A DNA stretch of 64,000 bases from an uncultured virus (IMG/VR IMGVR_UViG_3300027833_000038) (taxonomy: Duplodnaviria; Heunggongvirae; Uroviricota; Caudoviricetes; Crassvirales), in the IMG/VR virus record IMGVR_UViG_3300027833_000038, one strand, 5' to 3'. Numbering within the stretch: the first letter of the stretch is position 1; each line of letters opens with the position of its first letter. Under the pieces are notes generated by a model. The model was not told where the DNA came from. It saw only the letters and a program-made list of their open reading frames with translations, and ran no database searches. The position numbers and the translations under genes were made by a program. This document shows, piece by piece, positions 29,695-42,202 of this stretch.

Positions 29695-31041
29695 ATGGCA
29701 GTAACAATGACTGGAGTACAAGGTGCATTAACACCAGCTCCAAAAAAACAAACACTATCTACCAACTATTTGGGGGCAGATATAGAATTCACTTCACAAA
29801 ATCTTCCAGATATATACGAAGCGGAATTTGAAAAATATGGAAACCGTACGGTATCTTCTTTCTTGCGTCTTGTAGGAGCTGAAATTCCTTTCGCATCTGA
29901 TTTAATTCAGTGGTCAGAGCAAAGCAGACTTCATATCGCAGTGACAGGAGCAACTCGTGCAGCAGATGTTATTACATCTACAGCTCACGGATTCCGTAAA
30001 AACCAAACAGTAATCGTGTCTGATGGTACTAACCAAGACAAGGCTATTGTACTTGATGATGCTGATTTTACAGCAGATACTTTTGCTTTAGGTTCTTATA
30101 CAGGAGCTAACCTTAACTCTTCTTTAGGAACTACAGGTTTAAAGATTTTTGTATACGGTTCTGAATTTAAAAAAGGAACAGGTGGAATGGACGGTGCTAT
30201 CGAAGCTCCTGTTGATATTCAATCAACTAGTCCTATCATTATCAAAGACAAATACGAAGTTAATGGTTCTGATATGGCTCAAATTGGTTGGGTTGAAATA
30301 ACTACTGAGAATGGAGCTGCTGGATACTACTGGTATCTTAAATCTGAGCACGAAACTCGCCTACGTTTTGAAGATTACCTAGAGTTATCTTTAATCGAAG
30401 GAGTTGAGGCTACTGCTGGTTCTGGAGCTGCTGCTGCTGGTGCTAAAGGAACTTCTGGTATGTTCGATACTATCGAAACTAGAGGTAACATTGCAACTGG
30501 TGCAATTGCAGGTAAAGATGATTTAGAGCAATTAGTTCTTACTTTAGATAAAGAAGGAGCTATTCAAGAAAACGTAATGTTTGTAAACAGAGCGAAGTCA
30601 TTTGAAATTGACAACGTACTAGCTGGATTAAACACTTACGGTACTGCTGGAGCTGCTTCTTTCGGTTTATTCGATAACGATGCAGATATGGCTTTAAACC
30701 TTGGATTCTCTGGATTCAACTTAGGGTATGATTTTTACAAAACAGACTGGAAATATCTTAATGATGCTTCTACAGGAGGATTAACTTCTGGAGTTGACGG
30801 AGTTGTAGTTCCTGCTGGAACAATGACTGTATACGACCAAGTACTTGGGAAGAACGCAAAACGTCCTTTCTTACATGTTCGTTACAGAAAATCAGAATCT
30901 GAAGACAGACGTTATAAGTCTTGGGTTGTAGGTTCTGCTGGAGGTGCCGCTAATAGCGACCTTGATGCAATGCAAGTACACATGCTTTCTGAAAGAGCGC
31001 TATGTGTGATGGGTGCAAACAACTTCATCATAATGAAGTAA
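29695..31041 (+). CDS. Major capsid protein
   Basis: 448 aa, position, optimised codons, followed by terminator. Confidence 0.85.
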   Translation: MAVTMTGVQGALTPAPKKQTLSTNYLGADIEFTSQNLPDIYEAEFEKYGNRTVSSFLRLVGAEIPFASDLIQWSEQSRLHIAVTGATRAADVITSTAHGFRKNQTVIVSDGTNQDKAIVLDDADFTADTFALGSYTGANLNSSLGTTGLKIFVYGSEFKKGTGGMDGAIEAPVDIQSTSPIIIKDKYEVNGSDMAQIGWVEITTENGAAGYYWYLKSEHETRLRFEDYLELSLIEGVEATAGSGAAAAGAKGTSGMFDTIETRGNIATGAIAGKDDLEQLVLTLDKEGAIQENVMFVNRAKSFEIDNVLAGLNTYGTAGAASFGLFDNDADMALNLGFSGFNLGYDFYKTDWKYLNDASTGGLTSGVDGVVVPAGTMTVYDQVLGKNAKRPFLHVRYRKSESEDRRYKSWVVGSAGGAANSDLDAMQVHMLSERALCVMGANNFIIMK

Positions 31042-31054
31042 TTTATTGTAGGAA

Positions 31055-31094
31055 TTACCCTCGTTATATTAACGGGGGTAAATCTTACTTTTTT
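31055..31094 (+). terminator. Intrinsic terminator after capsid gene
   Basis: TTACCCTCGTTA/TAACGGGGGTAA stem, downstream T run. Confidence 0.7.
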
Positions 31095-31117
31095 AATTTA
31101 ATTAAATATTTAATAAA

Positions 31118-31927
31118 ATGTCTACAAAAGTATCAGTAAAAAGAACGGTTACTAAAACCAAACCAACTGTAAGAGAAATTGATTCAGTTGAAAAAAAAGA
31201 TGACTGGGAATACAGAGATAGAATGTATATTATCGCAAAAGGAAGCCCTGTAAGCTATCAATTGAGAACACAACACTCCCCCAGAAAACCACTACAATTT
31301 AACGATGGAACAAGACTAAGGGCTTTGCGCTATGCTCAAAATCACGACAGTCCTTTCATTGATGAGCAAGAAGGAGAAGTAATGCTCGGTAGAATTAGAT
31401 TTGAGAATGGAAGTTTATTCGTAAAAAAAGAAGACGTTAATCTTCAGAAGTTTCTCAGCATATACCACTCAGACTTTAATACAGAGTACTATGAGTTAGA
31501 CCTAGAGAAAGATGCTCAGGATGACTTAGTATTCATACAGAAAGAATCTGAAGCTACTCAATTAGCCTTAAGCATGGATATAAATGACTTAGAGGGAATT
31601 GCAAGAGCTGTATTTAGAAGCAATGTAAACAACATGCGTTCTTCGGAAATAAGAAGAGACACGGTTATGTTCGCAAAAAACAACCCAAGTGAATTTATAA
31701 AGTTAGCTAATGACGAAAACATAAAAAACAGAAACTTAGCAATAAAGTCAGTTGAAATGGGTATATTGCATGTGTTGTCCGATAACGCTACAGTTTGCTG
31801 GAATGACAAAGAAAAAACAAAAATAATGACAGCTCCTTTTGGAGAGAATGTGTATTCAGCATTATCAAGATTCTTTAAAACAGATGAAGGATTAGAAGTA
31901 ATGCAGGGTATTATAAATAGACTTTAG
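31118..31927 (+). CDS. Hypothetical virion/assembly protein
   Basis: 269 aa in morphogenesis block. Confidence 0.65.
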   Translation: MSTKVSVKRTVTKTKPTVREIDSVEKKDDWEYRDRMYIIAKGSPVSYQLRTQHSPRKPLQFNDGTRLRALRYAQNHDSPFIDEQEGEVMLGRIRFENGSLFVKKEDVNLQKFLSIYHSDFNTEYYELDLEKDAQDDLVFIQKESEATQLALSMDINDLEGIARAVFRSNVNNMRSSEIRRDTVMFAKNNPSEFIKLANDENIKNRNLAIKSVEMGILHVLSDNATVCWNDKEKTKIMTAPFGENVYSALSRFFKTDEGLEVMQGIINRL

Positions 31928-31961
31928 TAGTTTTTATATAGTTAGTTAGTTAATTTGTTTC

Positions 31962-31997
31962 AGAAGAGCCCCTCCTAAAAAGGGGCTTTTCTTTTTT
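31962..31997 (+). terminator. Intrinsic terminator
   Basis: AGAAGAGCCCCT/AGGGGCTTTTCT stem plus T tract. Confidence 0.8.
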
Positions 31998-32021
31998 GTA
32001 TTTTTGTATAAAAGAGAAGCA

Positions 32022-32714
32022 ATGATAAACTTTGTACGAAATATTGTAATGTTCGTGCTGAATAAAGAAAACAGAGGGTACTTAACTCCTGTTCAATTTA
32101 ATTCATACGCAAAGCTTGCACAACAAACAGTCTTTGATTCTTTGTTTGTTAAGTACAGAAATTACTCTGTCAACAAAGACAGGAGAATGGCTGCCATGGA
32201 TTTCGGTGACGACAAAAAAAAGCTTAGAGAAGATATAGAAAGATTTGTAAAACAAGAACAGCTTTTTGAGCTTGATGGTTACTTCTTGATGCCTGAAGAT
32301 TGTTATTACACTCTGCAATTAATCTGGAATGATAGTATTGAAATAGAGGAGTCTGAGAAGCATAAGATGTTAACCTACATTACAAACTCAACTCTTGCTG
32401 GTCCTTCTAGATGCTATCCTGTTTACTCTAAATATTACGACAAATATTTGATAAAGCCAGAAACAATAATTGACTGCGTAACTTCTGTTTATGTAAGAAA
32501 CTTACAAGACCCTAAGTGGACTTATCAAAGTATTCAAAGAAATCCAATTTTTAATCCTTCTGATGTTTCTTTTCAAGATTTTGAACTTCATGATGATTAT
32601 GCAAATGATATTGTTGCTGAGATATTAAAATTAGCTGGACTTCAAATGCAAGACAGTCAAATTTTACAGGCATCTCTTGCTTACGAGCAAAATAATATTG
32701 CAAAAGAAAAATAA
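32022..32714 (+). CDS. Head-tail adaptor/tail ring protein
   Basis: LNKENRGYLTP.QFN..AKLAQ; position; TATTTTTG at 31999-32006 upstream. Confidence 0.6.
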   Translation: MINFVRNIVMFVLNKENRGYLTPVQFNSYAKLAQQTVFDSLFVKYRNYSVNKDRRMAAMDFGDDKKKLREDIERFVKQEQLFELDGYFLMPEDCYYTLQLIWNDSIEIEESEKHKMLTYITNSTLAGPSRCYPVYSKYYDKYLIKPETIIDCVTSVYVRNLQDPKWTYQSIQRNPIFNPSDVSFQDFELHDDYANDIVAEILKLAGLQMQDSQILQASLAYEQNNIAKEK

Positions 32715-32717
32715 GAC

Positions 32718-33578
32718 ATGGCTATAACTCAAGAACAATACTACGAGAATAACGCTTTATGGGGTGGTGGTCAATACACTAAACTAAAAGATATAATTAA
32801 CAACTTCTACGCTTTCTATGTTGGGGATGATAAAGTTATTGATAGAGCAAAAAGATATGATGTTGTGTTTCATGCTAAAAGAGCGCTTCAAGAATTACAT
32901 TACGATGCTTTAAAAGAAATAAACGCAATAGAAATAGAAGTCCCTCCAACCTTACAAATGATTTTACCTAAAGATTTTGTTAGTTTAGTTAGGCTTTCTT
33001 GGGTAGACGCTAAGGGTTTTTTTCACCCAATAACTATAAATAGAGAAACTGCTATTGGAGTTGCTTATTTACAGAATGACGATTCAACTTATTCTTATCA
33101 ATTTGATGCAGAAGGAAATATTGAAGTAGGAACTACCCTAACAAGAAAAAGAGCTAAAGAAGTAAGACCAGTGGATAATGCTGAGACTTCTATTATGGAT
33201 GGTCATTTTGGAGGTAGATTTGGGATGCACACAAACAAATCAAACATTAATGGAACTTACCAAATAAACAAAAAATTAGGAACAGTTGAATTTAGCACTG
33301 AATTAACTGACAAATTAATTATGATTGAATACGTTTCTGACGGTTTAACAGACCTTGATGATAGTGAGATTCAGGTTCATAAATTTGCAGAACAATATGT
33401 CTTTAAGCAAATTGCTTTTTCTATATTATCCACTAAGTTTGGGGTGCAAGAATACATTGTTAGAAGATTTCAAAAAGAAGCTTCTGCTGCTTTGAGAAAC
33501 GCTAAAATAAGATTAAATGCTATCAACCCTGTCGACCTAGCCAAATCAATGGCAGGAAGAAATAAGTGGATTAAATAA
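32718..33578 (+). CDS. Tail ring/tubular protein
   Basis: Position between adaptor and hub; TAATG coupled to next gene. Confidence 0.6.
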   Translation: MAITQEQYYENNALWGGGQYTKLKDIINNFYAFYVGDDKVIDRAKRYDVVFHAKRALQELHYDALKEINAIEIEVPPTLQMILPKDFVSLVRLSWVDAKGFFHPITINRETAIGVAYLQNDDSTYSYQFDAEGNIEVGTTLTRKRAKEVRPVDNAETSIMDGHFGGRFGMHTNKSNINGTYQINKKLGTVEFSTELTDKLIMIEYVSDGLTDLDDSEIQVHKFAEQYVFKQIAFSILSTKFGVQEYIVRRFQKEASAALRNAKIRLNAINPVDLAKSMAGRNKWIK

Positions 33579-36500
33579 TGAGATTAAGAAAGACTTTTGT
33601 AAATGGCAAAATGGACAAGGATGTTGATGAACGTCTTTTGCCTGACGGTGTATATCGAGATGCAAAGAATGTTCGTGTTTCAATTTCTAACGGCTCTGAC
33701 GTAGGTTCTTTAGAAAATGTTCTGTCTAATGAACAAAAATCTTTTTTTGCTTTAGGAACTAATCCTGTGGTTATAGGTAGCACATCTGTTGAATACACAA
33801 ATTGTGTTTACTGGTTTGTTGTTTCTGATTATGCAAGCTATGTTTTAGAATATAATATAACTACCGATTTACAAAGAAAAATACTTGAAGACTCAAGACC
33901 CGAAGGAGAAAACGTATTAAACTTTAAGTCGTACAATAGAATAAATGATGTAGACTCTGTTATAGATACAGATGGCAAAAGAGTTTTTCTATATTGGACA
34001 GACAACGTTAATCCACCTAGGAAAATAGAAATAGAAAGAGCTGCTTCATACGGATTGAATGGATTTTACGAAGAAGACATACAGGTTATTGTAAAGCCAC
34101 CTCTTCAAAGACCTTATATTTATTTATCCAAATCCAATAGTACTGATGAAAATTTTATAAAAGATAAGTTTTTACAATTTTCTTATAGATACAAATATGT
34201 AGATAACGAGTATTCCGCTATAGCGCCTTTTAGTAACGTTGCTTTTACGCCTTACGGATTTCAATACAACTACGGACTCAATACAAATGAGTCTATGGTT
34301 AACAGGTTCAACATAGTTAACATAACCATAAATGCTGGTTCAAGATTAGTTAAAGAAATTGAGGTCCTTTACAAAGAATCTGGAAAGCAAGAGCTTTACG
34401 TTGTAGATAGTTATAACAAAGAAAAGTTTCAATGGGCAGACAATTTAGAATATGTTGTTCCTTTTCAAAATAAAAAAATATCAAAAATACTTCCAGAGGC
34501 TCAGATAAAAAGAATATTTGATGCAGTACCTCTTAAAGCTAAAACCCAAACCTTTATTGGGAATAGATTAATTTACGGAGGATACACAGAAAACTGGGAC
34601 TTAAAAGATGATTTAGGTGCTTTAATAACGCCAACGTTTTCGGCTTCTGTTGTTACAGACGAAACGCCATCTACTCCTTATCAAAGTTTAAAATCTGGAA
34701 GAGACTACGAGGTAGGTATAGTTTACCTTGACGAATATGGAAGAACTACTACAGTTCTTACTAGTCCTGAAAATAGTGTTTTTATTCCAAATGAAAATGC
34801 TCTTTATCAGTCAACACTACAAGTTGAAATATCAAATAAAGCTCCTTACTGGGCATCTTATTTTAGGTTCTTTGTAAAAGAAAGCAAAGGGGATTATGAT
34901 GTTGTTGTTCCTACAAGATTTTATCAAGATGGAGCCTATGTTTGGATTGAGCTACTAGGTAGTGATGTAAATAAAGTAAAACAAGGCACTAGGCTTGTAG
35001 TTAAAGCAGATACTGGCGGTCCAGTTAAAGGGTATGTGGAGACAGAGGTTTTAGAGCTTGAGCAACAGCCTGTAAATTTCTTAGAAGCAGACCCAACAGT
35101 TCCTGACTTATTACAAAAAAAAGGTACTTATTATAAAATACGTCCCAAAGGTTTTGTTTTTAGTACATCAGACGTAACAATATATGATTGGATTGCAAAC
35201 GATAATACTAGAGATAAGTATGAGGATGTAGTTACTTCTACGATGAAGTACATTGCTAATAGTGTTCCTTACCTAAGTCAAGAGACAATTTTATTAGGAG
35301 CTCAATGTAACTCTAGTGGAACTTTTACAGGGAGCGAAGATATTAGATTTAGAATTGAAATAGATTCTCTTGGCGATGGTTTAACGACTTATGACGAGTT
35401 TATTGTAACTTATAGACAAGGAGGAAGCACTCAAGCATCTGCTTCTACAGCCATAACGGGGGCTGTGCAAAACTTACCTTTTGGTGTCAAGGTTGACTTT
35501 AACAATCGTTCTGGTCATTCTATAGGGGATTACTGGATAGTTAGCGCTAAAGCTAAATCGAATGGTGTTTTTGGAAGTGATAGAGAAACATCTTACGCAT
35601 TTTTCAAACAAGAAGGAGAGAGCGTACTAACCAATAAAATAGGTGCAGGTGCGGTCATTGAGATTGAATATTACGAATCTCAAGAAAGCTCGGACTATAA
35701 TTATTCATTTACCGAATCCTATGTTGCTAGTAGAGAGTATTACAATCTTGAGGAGTGGTATTATGGAGACAATATAAGTGGTTTTGGGGATGGAGTACCT
35801 GATGATAGGGTACTTTTTAGACATGCAACTCTAGGTGGAAACAATACGGCAGACACTTATAAAATGACTGTTGACCCTAATGGGACAATGGTCATGGTTA
35901 TAATGAGTAAAAAAAGGCAATCAAGTGAAGTTTGGGCAAAAAGAAGAGTATATACTACAGCATTATTAGAGATAAGAGAATCCGAAAATTTACCAATATT
36001 TGAAACTAAATCAGTTGAAAAGGATTCTGATATATTTTATGAGGTAGGAGATACCTATAAGGTTACTGGTCCTTATCACGAAGGAAATAGTGGAGACGTT
36101 AATCAATCTTTCACTCAAAATGCTGTAATCAATTTAGACGCTTATAATTGTTGGGGATGGGCTAATGGGTATGAATCTATTAAAATCAAAGATTTATTTA
36201 ACAACCCTTCTTTTAAATTTGACACTAGACCCTCTAGTTTTATAGAAAACTATAGAGAAAACAGACGAGTCTCTTCTTTGACTTATTCTGGTGTTTATGA
36301 GCAAAGTACAAATTACAACGGATTAAATGAATTTAATTTAGCTACAGCTCCCTTTAAAGATATAGATGACTCGCTAGGAGATATACAAAAAATAATTTCA
36401 AGAGATAATGATATTATTGTATTTCAGCAAAACAAAGTATCTAAACTTCTTTTTAATAAAAATATTTTATTTAACGCAGACGGGACAGGAAACGTTTCTC

Positions 36501-37996
36501 AAACCAGTAATGTATTAGGAACTATTGTGCCTTATGCTGGGGATTTTGGTGTTGGAAATAGTCCTGAAAGTATAGTTAAATATGGCAATACAATTTATTT
36601 TGCCGATACAAGTAGAGGTTTTGTTTTTAGACTATCAGCCGATGGTTTAACTCCTATATCTCAGTACGGAATGGCAAACTACTTTAGAACAGAATTAAGT
36701 TCTAGGGGAGAAAACAATGTTTTAGGTGGGTTTGACCCAATGCATAATGAATACTTACTAACTCTTAAGGGACAGATTGATGAAGTTCATCAGCTTACTT
36801 GGGTTGGAGATGAGTACTATTGTGAGCAAACTTACGTTGATGATGTAGTAGAATGGAGAGGAGCGGAAGCTGTTTGTCTTATCTCTTGCAAAGGAGACTG
36901 GAAACCTTCAGAAATTTTAGCAGGTTCTCAGGATTGGAGAATTGATGAGTACTACTGTGAGCAAGAAAGCCAAGTGCCTTCTCCGTCTCCTGTACCGACA
37001 CCTGTTCCAAATCCAACACCTGTGCCAGTTCAATCGCCTACTCCGAGTCCTACGCCAGCACCAGCAGCTACACCAACTGCTCCTGTAGGTCCAGCTCCGA
37101 GCCCTGCGCCAACACCTGCGCCAGGACCAGCGCCAACGCCTAGTCCAAGTCCAAGTCCAACGCCTAGCCCAACACCTAGTCCTGTACCGAGCCCGACACC
37201 TAGTCCAACGCCTTCGCCAACGCCTGCTCCAGGACCAACACCTAGTCCTGTGCCAGCACCCGTGAGTTATGGTACTTGGGATTTAGAGCTTTGTGGTCTT
37301 TTTGGTGGAACAACACCAACAAATGAGAGAATAGCTTATGACAGTGCTTTACAAACAGGAGCTGTAATCAAGGGAAGTGACGGAGAGTGCTACGTTATAA
37401 AAACTCCTAGTCTTTTCTTACCAACAATTACATCAGTAGGAGTCTTTAGTACTTGCTCTACTTGTGCAGCGGCACTTGGTGAAACACCTGCGCCAATATC
37501 TGCACAATCTTTTCTTGTTGTTAGCCAGCAAACTTTTACCAGTCAATACGCAACCTACGACTCTAACTACGCAATTAACGATGAAGTATCATTAAGTGGA
37601 TTTGGAACAAGTGAGTGCTGGACAATAACTGGTTTAAGCAACAATTTCCCTAGTTATAGCATAATTGGAGTATGTGGTGCTTCAAGTCCAACGCCTAGCC
37701 CAACACCTAGTCCTGTGCCAATAGCAGTCACATATACAAACATAGCTTTGTCACAAGTAGGAAATAGCGTCTGGCAATCGTCACCAGCAGCCATAAACTA
37801 CTTTTGCTCTGCTCCTACTTATCTTTCTTTATATAAGCATAACGGAACAGGAGCTTACCCTGCTATTGGAGATGAAATTTTTATGAGAAACGGTGCACCT
37901 CTTCCTTCTTTCTTAGGTCAAAGGAGAGTTCAAGGAGGTCCTATCATATATATTGACAATTCTACAGGCATTGTAACACAAGTAGTAAACTGTTAA
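33578..37996 (+). CDS. Tail hub/stabilisation protein N-terminal part fused to Pro-rich and Cys-rich modules
   Basis: [38 protein letters not shown]; after GGFDP..NEYLLT switches to (PT/PS)n. Confidence 0.75.
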   Translation: MRLRKTFVNGKMDKDVDERLLPDGVYRDAKNVRVSISNGSDVGSLENVLSNEQKSFFALGTNPVVIGSTSVEYTNCVYWFVVSDYASYVLEYNITTDLQRKILEDSRPEGENVLNFKSYNRINDVDSVIDTDGKRVFLYWTDNVNPPRKIEIERAASYGLNGFYEEDIQVIVKPPLQRPYIYLSKSNSTDENFIKDKFLQFSYRYKYVDNEYSAIAPFSNVAFTPYGFQYNYGLNTNESMVNRFNIVNITINAGSRLVKEIEVLYKESGKQELYVVDSYNKEKFQWADNLEYVVPFQNKKISKILPEAQIKRIFDAVPLKAKTQTFIGNRLIYGGYTENWDLKDDLGALITPTFSASVVTDETPSTPYQSLKSGRDYEVGIVYLDEYGRTTTVLTSPENSVFIPNENALYQSTLQVEISNKAPYWASYFRFFVKESKGDYDVVVPTRFYQDGAYVWIELLGSDVNKVKQGTRLVVKADTGGPVKGYVETEVLELEQQPVNFLEADPTVPDLLQKKGTYYKIRPKGFVFSTSDVTIYDWIANDNTRDKYEDVVTSTMKYIANSVPYLSQETILLGAQCNSSGTFTGSEDIRFRIEIDSLGDGLTTYDEFIVTYRQGGSTQASASTAITGAVQNLPFGVKVDFNNRSGHSIGDYWIVSAKAKSNGVFGSDRETSYAFFKQEGESVLTNKIGAGAVIEIEYYESQESSDYNYSFTESYVASREYYNLEEWYYGDNISGFGDGVPDDRVLFRHATLGGNNTADTYKMTVDPNGTMVMVIMSKKRQSSEVWAKRRVYTTALLEIRESENLPIFETKSVEKDSDIFYEVGDTYKVTGPYHEGNSGDVNQSFTQNAVINLDAYNCWGWANGYESIKIKDLFNNPSFKFDTRPSSFIENYRENRRVSSLTYSGVYEQSTNYNGLNEFNLATAPFKDIDDSLGDIQKIISRDNDIIVFQQNKVSKLLFNKNILFNADGTGNVSQTSNVLGTIVPYAGDFGVGNSPESIVKYGNTIYFADTSRGFVFRLSADGLTPISQYGMANYFRTELSSRGENNVLGGFDPMHNEYLLTLKGQIDEVHQLTWVGDEYYCEQTYVDDVVEWRGAEAVCLISCKGDWKPSEILAGSQDWRIDEYYCEQESQVPSPSPVPTPVPNPTPVPVQSPTPSPTPAPAATPTAPVGPAPSPAPTPAPGPAPTPSPSPSPTPSPTPSPVPSPTPSPTPSPTPAPGPTPSPVPAPVSYGTWDLELCGLFGGTTPTNERIAYDSALQTGAVIKGSDGECYVIKTPSLFLPTITSVGVFSTCSTCAAALGETPAPISAQSFLVVSQQTFTSQYATYDSNYAINDEVSLSGFGTSECWTITGLSNNFPSYSIIGVCGASSPTPSPTPSPVPIAVTYTNIALSQVGNSVWQSSPAAINYFCSAPTYLSLYKHNGTGAYPAIGDEIFMRNGAPLPSFLGQRRVQGGPIIYIDNSTGIVTQVVNC
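36977..37261 (+). repeat. (Pro-X)n tract, X=S/T/A/V
   Basis: [15 protein letters not shown]...PSPVPAP. Confidence 0.95.
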
Positions 37997-38006
37997 AGAA
38001 AAACAA

Positions 38007-40502
38007 ATGGCAAATACAGGAAAGAAAATAGTAACTAGATTAAGACTTTTTAAAGAAGGTCTAGCTACTAGCAAAACAAAGCCAAATGTAGACGGAGACA
38101 AATATTATGTTTCTCCTTTTGACGATGTTGTAGATTGTCCAGAATTTGGAGCACCAACACCTACACCTTCTCCTACACCTGCACCTGCTCCAGCAGCATT
38201 TGCAGTGCCTTCTCCAGCGGTAGCGCCTGTTTTTGTTCCTACGCCCACACCAACGCCTACACCTACGCCTAGCCCTATTCCTACGCCTAGTCCTAGCCCA
38301 ACACCTAGCCCTACGCCTAGTCCTAGCCCTACGCCTAGTCCAACGCCTGCGCCAGCACCGACTCCGAGTCCGTCTCCATCACCAATACCAACGCCTGCAC
38401 CTGCAATAGCACCAGTGCCTGCTCCTATAATGCCAACACCTAGTCCTGTGCCAACGCCTCCAATACCAACGCCTGCACCTGCAATAGCACCAGTGCCTGC
38501 GGTTGTACCAGTAGCGGCGCCAGCGGTAACGGTGTTTAATTGGAAGTTATCAGCAGGTCCACAAGGCGGAAGCGGTTCTTTCCCAGGAAGTTGTGCATAC
38601 ACCTGTACGGATGTTTATACTACAGTAGACACTTGGGCTAATTATCAATTCACAGGAAAATCAGGGACAGTTTTTTACACTGACTCAGCTCTAACTACTA
38701 TATTTAATGGAAACGCTTTATATTATACAGCTCAAGAGCCAGGTCAATGTAACATTGGAACAAGAATAGTAAAACTATCAAGTGATGGAGTCGCTATGGA
38801 ATTATACCAATGTCCTGGACAGCCAACGCCTAACCCTACGCCAGCGCCTATTCCTATCCCTGCTCCTGCAACAGCTCCAGCAATAACTACTTATACTGCT
38901 GATAATCCTTTCTTTGTAGGAGCTCCTCAGTTTGCTATAATGTCTGGAACTAGAAGGCTAAGATGGTTAAGAAATCAAGATGTTGATGCTTTCCCAACAC
39001 TACCTCAATCAGAAGGACCTACTGCTACAGGTACAGCCGTATTTGTTTTAACAGGAGATATAACTTTAAATGCTGACGGTACTGATGTAATTACGGCTGG
39101 AACATATAATGTTGATATACTTGCTGGAGTTAGCGGAGGAGTTTGGAATGTGGTTGAATTGTATTTCTCCGCATCAGACTGGCTGCAAGCTTCTGGAGTA
39201 ACTGGCAACGTGTCTTATGCTAATAGCGGAGCTGTATCTTCTCTTATCATGACCCTTGGAGGGACGCCAGCACCAGTGCCTGCGGTTGCACCTATTCCTA
39301 CGCCAGCACCTATTCCTACGCCAGCACCTAGTCCAGTACCAGTGCCAAGTCCAGTACCAGTGCCTGCTCCTATATCAAGCACAACTACTAGATATAGAGT
39401 AAATTCACATACTGCGTCTAACAGAATCTATAAAGTGTTTGGTCAAAACAATGAAGAATTTTTCTTTGGAGGTAGAAACTTTGATGTAATGTATTCTTAT
39501 GCTCAACCAGAAATTGTTAGAAAACAAAGCACTGATACGGGTACAGTTACATGGCAACAGTATAGTGATTCTAGTCAAAGACTTGGACCTAGTAACGACT
39601 GGACTTCTAACGTATCTCAAATAAAAGGATACCCAACTTTAACAGATTTAGATGCAGACACAAACTCATGGACCTTTACCAACTTTAAACATTGGGGTAT
39701 TAATCCTGGATTCGCTAGTGGACATGGACCTGAGAACTTAGGTGCATTCTGGTCTCGTGGAGATGGAATTCCTTATGCAGATACAGAAACAGCCATAAGA
39801 TTAAGTAAATTAGATGGAATAGCAAATACAAATTATTTGCCAGATGGTTATTATGATGGCACAAGTGGTAATTATGAGTTTGTAGATGGTTATGTATACT
39901 TATTAGTAAGTGGACAAGTTCAATCTGTATTCTTAAGAAGCTCTGTTACAAATGTTGAAGCATGCTTAATAGACAACCAAAGTGTTGACGTTACTATAAC
40001 AGGCTCAGGTCCTCGTTACTGGAATTTCGATGGCAATGCATTAAATGGCATTACTTACGGAATGAAAGAAGGAGCTTCTGTCACATTTAAAGGAGTACCT
40101 ACTGCCCACCCAATAGCTTTCCATACTAAAACATCTGGAGGAACTTCTTTCGCAACTGTTACAGGAACAGTTCTTGAGGGAACTAAAACAGGACTTGATG
40201 GTAATAGCTACAGCTTCTATTCTGGAGACGTTACGTTAGAAATAACATCTAGCTCTATTTGGAACGCATCTAGTGGTCAAACGATAAGCGCAGAGTGTTA
40301 CTACCACGGATACATGGGAGGTCAAGATGCAATAGTATACGAAAACGCTTGTGATTCTTATGACTGGGGAAGTAGCGTGACAACTCCTGCACCTGCTCCT
40401 GCATCACAACCAATTGCTTCGCCTACGCCAAACCCAGCTCCAACACCAATACCGACTGTACCAGTAGCACCTAACCCTGCTCCATACGGCGGAGGGTTTT
40501 AA
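38007..40502 (+). CDS. Extensin/mucin-like protein: MANTG module, Pro-rich linkers, C-terminal cupredoxin-like module
   Basis: Four (PX)n tracts; HPIAF...CYYHGYMGG. Confidence 0.8.
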   Translation: MANTGKKIVTRLRLFKEGLATSKTKPNVDGDKYYVSPFDDVVDCPEFGAPTPTPSPTPAPAPAAFAVPSPAVAPVFVPTPTPTPTPTPSPIPTPSPSPTPSPTPSPSPTPSPTPAPAPTPSPSPSPIPTPAPAIAPVPAPIMPTPSPVPTPPIPTPAPAIAPVPAVVPVAAPAVTVFNWKLSAGPQGGSGSFPGSCAYTCTDVYTTVDTWANYQFTGKSGTVFYTDSALTTIFNGNALYYTAQEPGQCNIGTRIVKLSSDGVAMELYQCPGQPTPNPTPAPIPIPAPATAPAITTYTADNPFFVGAPQFAIMSGTRRLRWLRNQDVDAFPTLPQSEGPTATGTAVFVLTGDITLNADGTDVITAGTYNVDILAGVSGGVWNVVELYFSASDWLQASGVTGNVSYANSGAVSSLIMTLGGTPAPVPAVAPIPTPAPIPTPAPSPVPVPSPVPVPAPISSTTTRYRVNSHTASNRIYKVFGQNNEEFFFGGRNFDVMYSYAQPEIVRKQSTDTGTVTWQQYSDSSQRLGPSNDWTSNVSQIKGYPTLTDLDADTNSWTFTNFKHWGINPGFASGHGPENLGAFWSRGDGIPYADTETAIRLSKLDGIANTNYLPDGYYDGTSGNYEFVDGYVYLLVSGQVQSVFLRSSVTNVEACLIDNQSVDVTITGSGPRYWNFDGNALNGITYGMKEGASVTFKGVPTAHPIAFHTKTSGGTSFATVTGTVLEGTKTGLDGNSYSFYSGDVTLEITSSSIWNASSGQTISAECYYHGYMGGQDAIVYENACDSYDWGSSVTTPAPAPASQPIASPTPNPAPTPIPTVPVAPNPAPYGGGF
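38151..38526 (+). repeat. (Pro-X)n tract with 41-nt exact direct repeat
   Basis: Identical 41-mers at 38382-38422 and 38460-38500. Confidence 0.9.
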
Positions 40503-40540
40503 TATATAATCATGAGATAAAAACACAACGCTAAATTAAT

Positions 40541-40548
40541 TATCTTTG
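40541..40548 (+). promoter_or_regulatory. -7 element TATCTTTG
   Basis: 11 nt upstream of ATG 40560. Confidence 0.6.
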
Positions 40549-40559
40549 TGTAACTTATT

Positions 40560-41366
40560 ATGGCGAATACAGGAAGAAAAGTATATACAACTATACGTCA
40601 ATATTTAAATGGCGTTTATACAGGAGCTGAAGCACTTAATGATGCTTCTGCACCAGAGTACGTTATGCCAGAATATGACTCAGAAGAGTGTCCTTTATCT
40701 CCTCCTCCATCGCCAATACCTAACCCTACGCCAGCGCCTATTCCTAATCCAGCACCTGCGCCAATTTATGTGCCAGTGTTTATACCCACTCCTAATCCGA
40801 CACCTGCGCCAGGTCCTAACCCAGCACCCATACCGAATCCAACACCTGCGCCAGCGGTAAATCCAAACCCTGCACCTGTACCAACGCCTAGTCCTATACC
40901 AAATCCTAGTCCTAGTCCTGTGCCTGCTGTGGAACCTGCACCAACGCCTAGTCCAACGCCTGCGCCAGTGTTTAATCCTACTCCAAGTCCAACACCTAGT
41001 CCAACACCTTCACCTTCGCCTACGCCTAGTCCTACTCCTAGCCCAGCGCCTGTTGTTAGTTGTACTGGTACAAACACGTTCTACCTTAGTTCTGGTCAAA
41101 GGGGTTCTGGCAGTTTCTGCGGTTCATCTTGGTCGGTAACTACTCAGGTAGTATCCACGGTTTCAACAATGGAATTGCTTTTAGGTCAATATGTTTGTAA
41201 AGACGGAGATACCTTTAAGGGAAGAGGGTTTACATATATTGTTAACGAAAGCCCATACTCATATCAAGGTAGCGGATATGCTAGATATGTTAAGATAGAT
41301 GATAATGGATTAGTTACAACTAACTTCTATTCGCAATGTGATGGTAGTGGAGACCAAATTTTATAA
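40560..41366 (+). CDS. Extensin-like protein: MANTG module, (PNPT/PSPT)n, small Cys-containing domain
   Basis: Pro-rich tract 40701-41050. Confidence 0.8.
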   Translation: MANTGRKVYTTIRQYLNGVYTGAEALNDASAPEYVMPEYDSEECPLSPPPSPIPNPTPAPIPNPAPAPIYVPVFIPTPNPTPAPGPNPAPIPNPTPAPAVNPNPAPVPTPSPIPNPSPSPVPAVEPAPTPSPTPAPVFNPTPSPTPSPTPSPSPTPSPTPSPAPVVSCTGTNTFYLSSGQRGSGSFCGSSWSVTTQVVSTVSTMELLLGQYVCKDGDTFKGRGFTYIVNESPYSYQGSGYARYVKIDDNGLVTTNFYSQCDGSGDQIL

Positions 41367-41371
41367 TTATA

Positions 41372-42043
41372 ATGGCAAACACAGGAAGTAAAATATACAG
41401 AACATTAAGACTCTATAAGGATGGGGTTAGGACTGAACACGTTAAACCTAACGATTCAAGAGACCCTAATCATATTCCTCCTTTTACAGATATTGTGTCT
41501 TGTTTTACAGATGCACCTACACCTACACCTGCGCCTGTACCTACACCTACTCCTGTTCCAGTAGTAGCGCCTAACCCTACACCAGCGCCTATAACACCAA
41601 CACCTACTCCAACACCTGTCCCAGGAGTTATTGTGCTGCCACCAGCGGTAGTAGTTAAGCCTCCAGTATCACCAGCACCAGTTGGAGGAACAGGTATATT
41701 CTTGAGTAGTCCAGACAAAAATTACATTAGACTGTGTCAAAACAATTACATAATGTCTTCTCCTGCATCTATTGCTGGTAACCTTTCAACAGGATTAGAC
41801 AGAATGGTTTCTCAAAATGGACAAGCATTTGACGGAAGAGGACTCTGGTACGCAGCGACTACAGAATCCAATAGACCTACAACTCAAACTGATAATGGTT
41901 GGTACGCTATACAAATTATGCAAGATGGAACTATAGGTAATATTACTTTAGGGAAGTTGGCATGTAGAGGCGGAATGGTGGATGACGATTGGGACACGGA
42001 TGATAATGGCGATGGAGACGAAAGATTCCTTGGATTACTATAA
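41372..42043 (+). CDS. Extensin-like protein: MANTG module, (PT)n, C-terminal domain
   Basis: Pro-rich tract about 41513-41680. Confidence 0.8.
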   Translation: MANTGSKIYRTLRLYKDGVRTEHVKPNDSRDPNHIPPFTDIVSCFTDAPTPTPAPVPTPTPVPVVAPNPTPAPITPTPTPTPVPGVIVLPPAVVVKPPVSPAPVGGTGIFLSSPDKNYIRLCQNNYIMSSPASIAGNLSTGLDRMVSQNGQAFDGRGLWYAATTESNRPTTQTDNGWYAIQIMQDGTIGNITLGKLACRGGMVDDDWDTDDNGDGDERFLGLL

Positions 42044-42055
42044 AATATAAAGAAA

Positions 42056-42202
42056 ATGGCATATACAGGATTGAGATATTATACTAAATTAAGAAGGTTT
42101 GTTAATGGCAAACCTACTAAAACCGTAAAAGAAAACATCATATCTGATAATGACTACATTAAGCCATTTAAAGATGAAAATTCATGCCCTAAAGGAGCGT
42201 AA
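42056..42202 (+). CDS. Stand-alone MANTG-type module (48 aa)
   Basis: Own translation [53 protein letters not shown] coupled. Confidence 0.75.
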   Translation: MAYTGLRYYTKLRRFVNGKPTKTVKENIISDNDYIKPFKDENSCPKGA

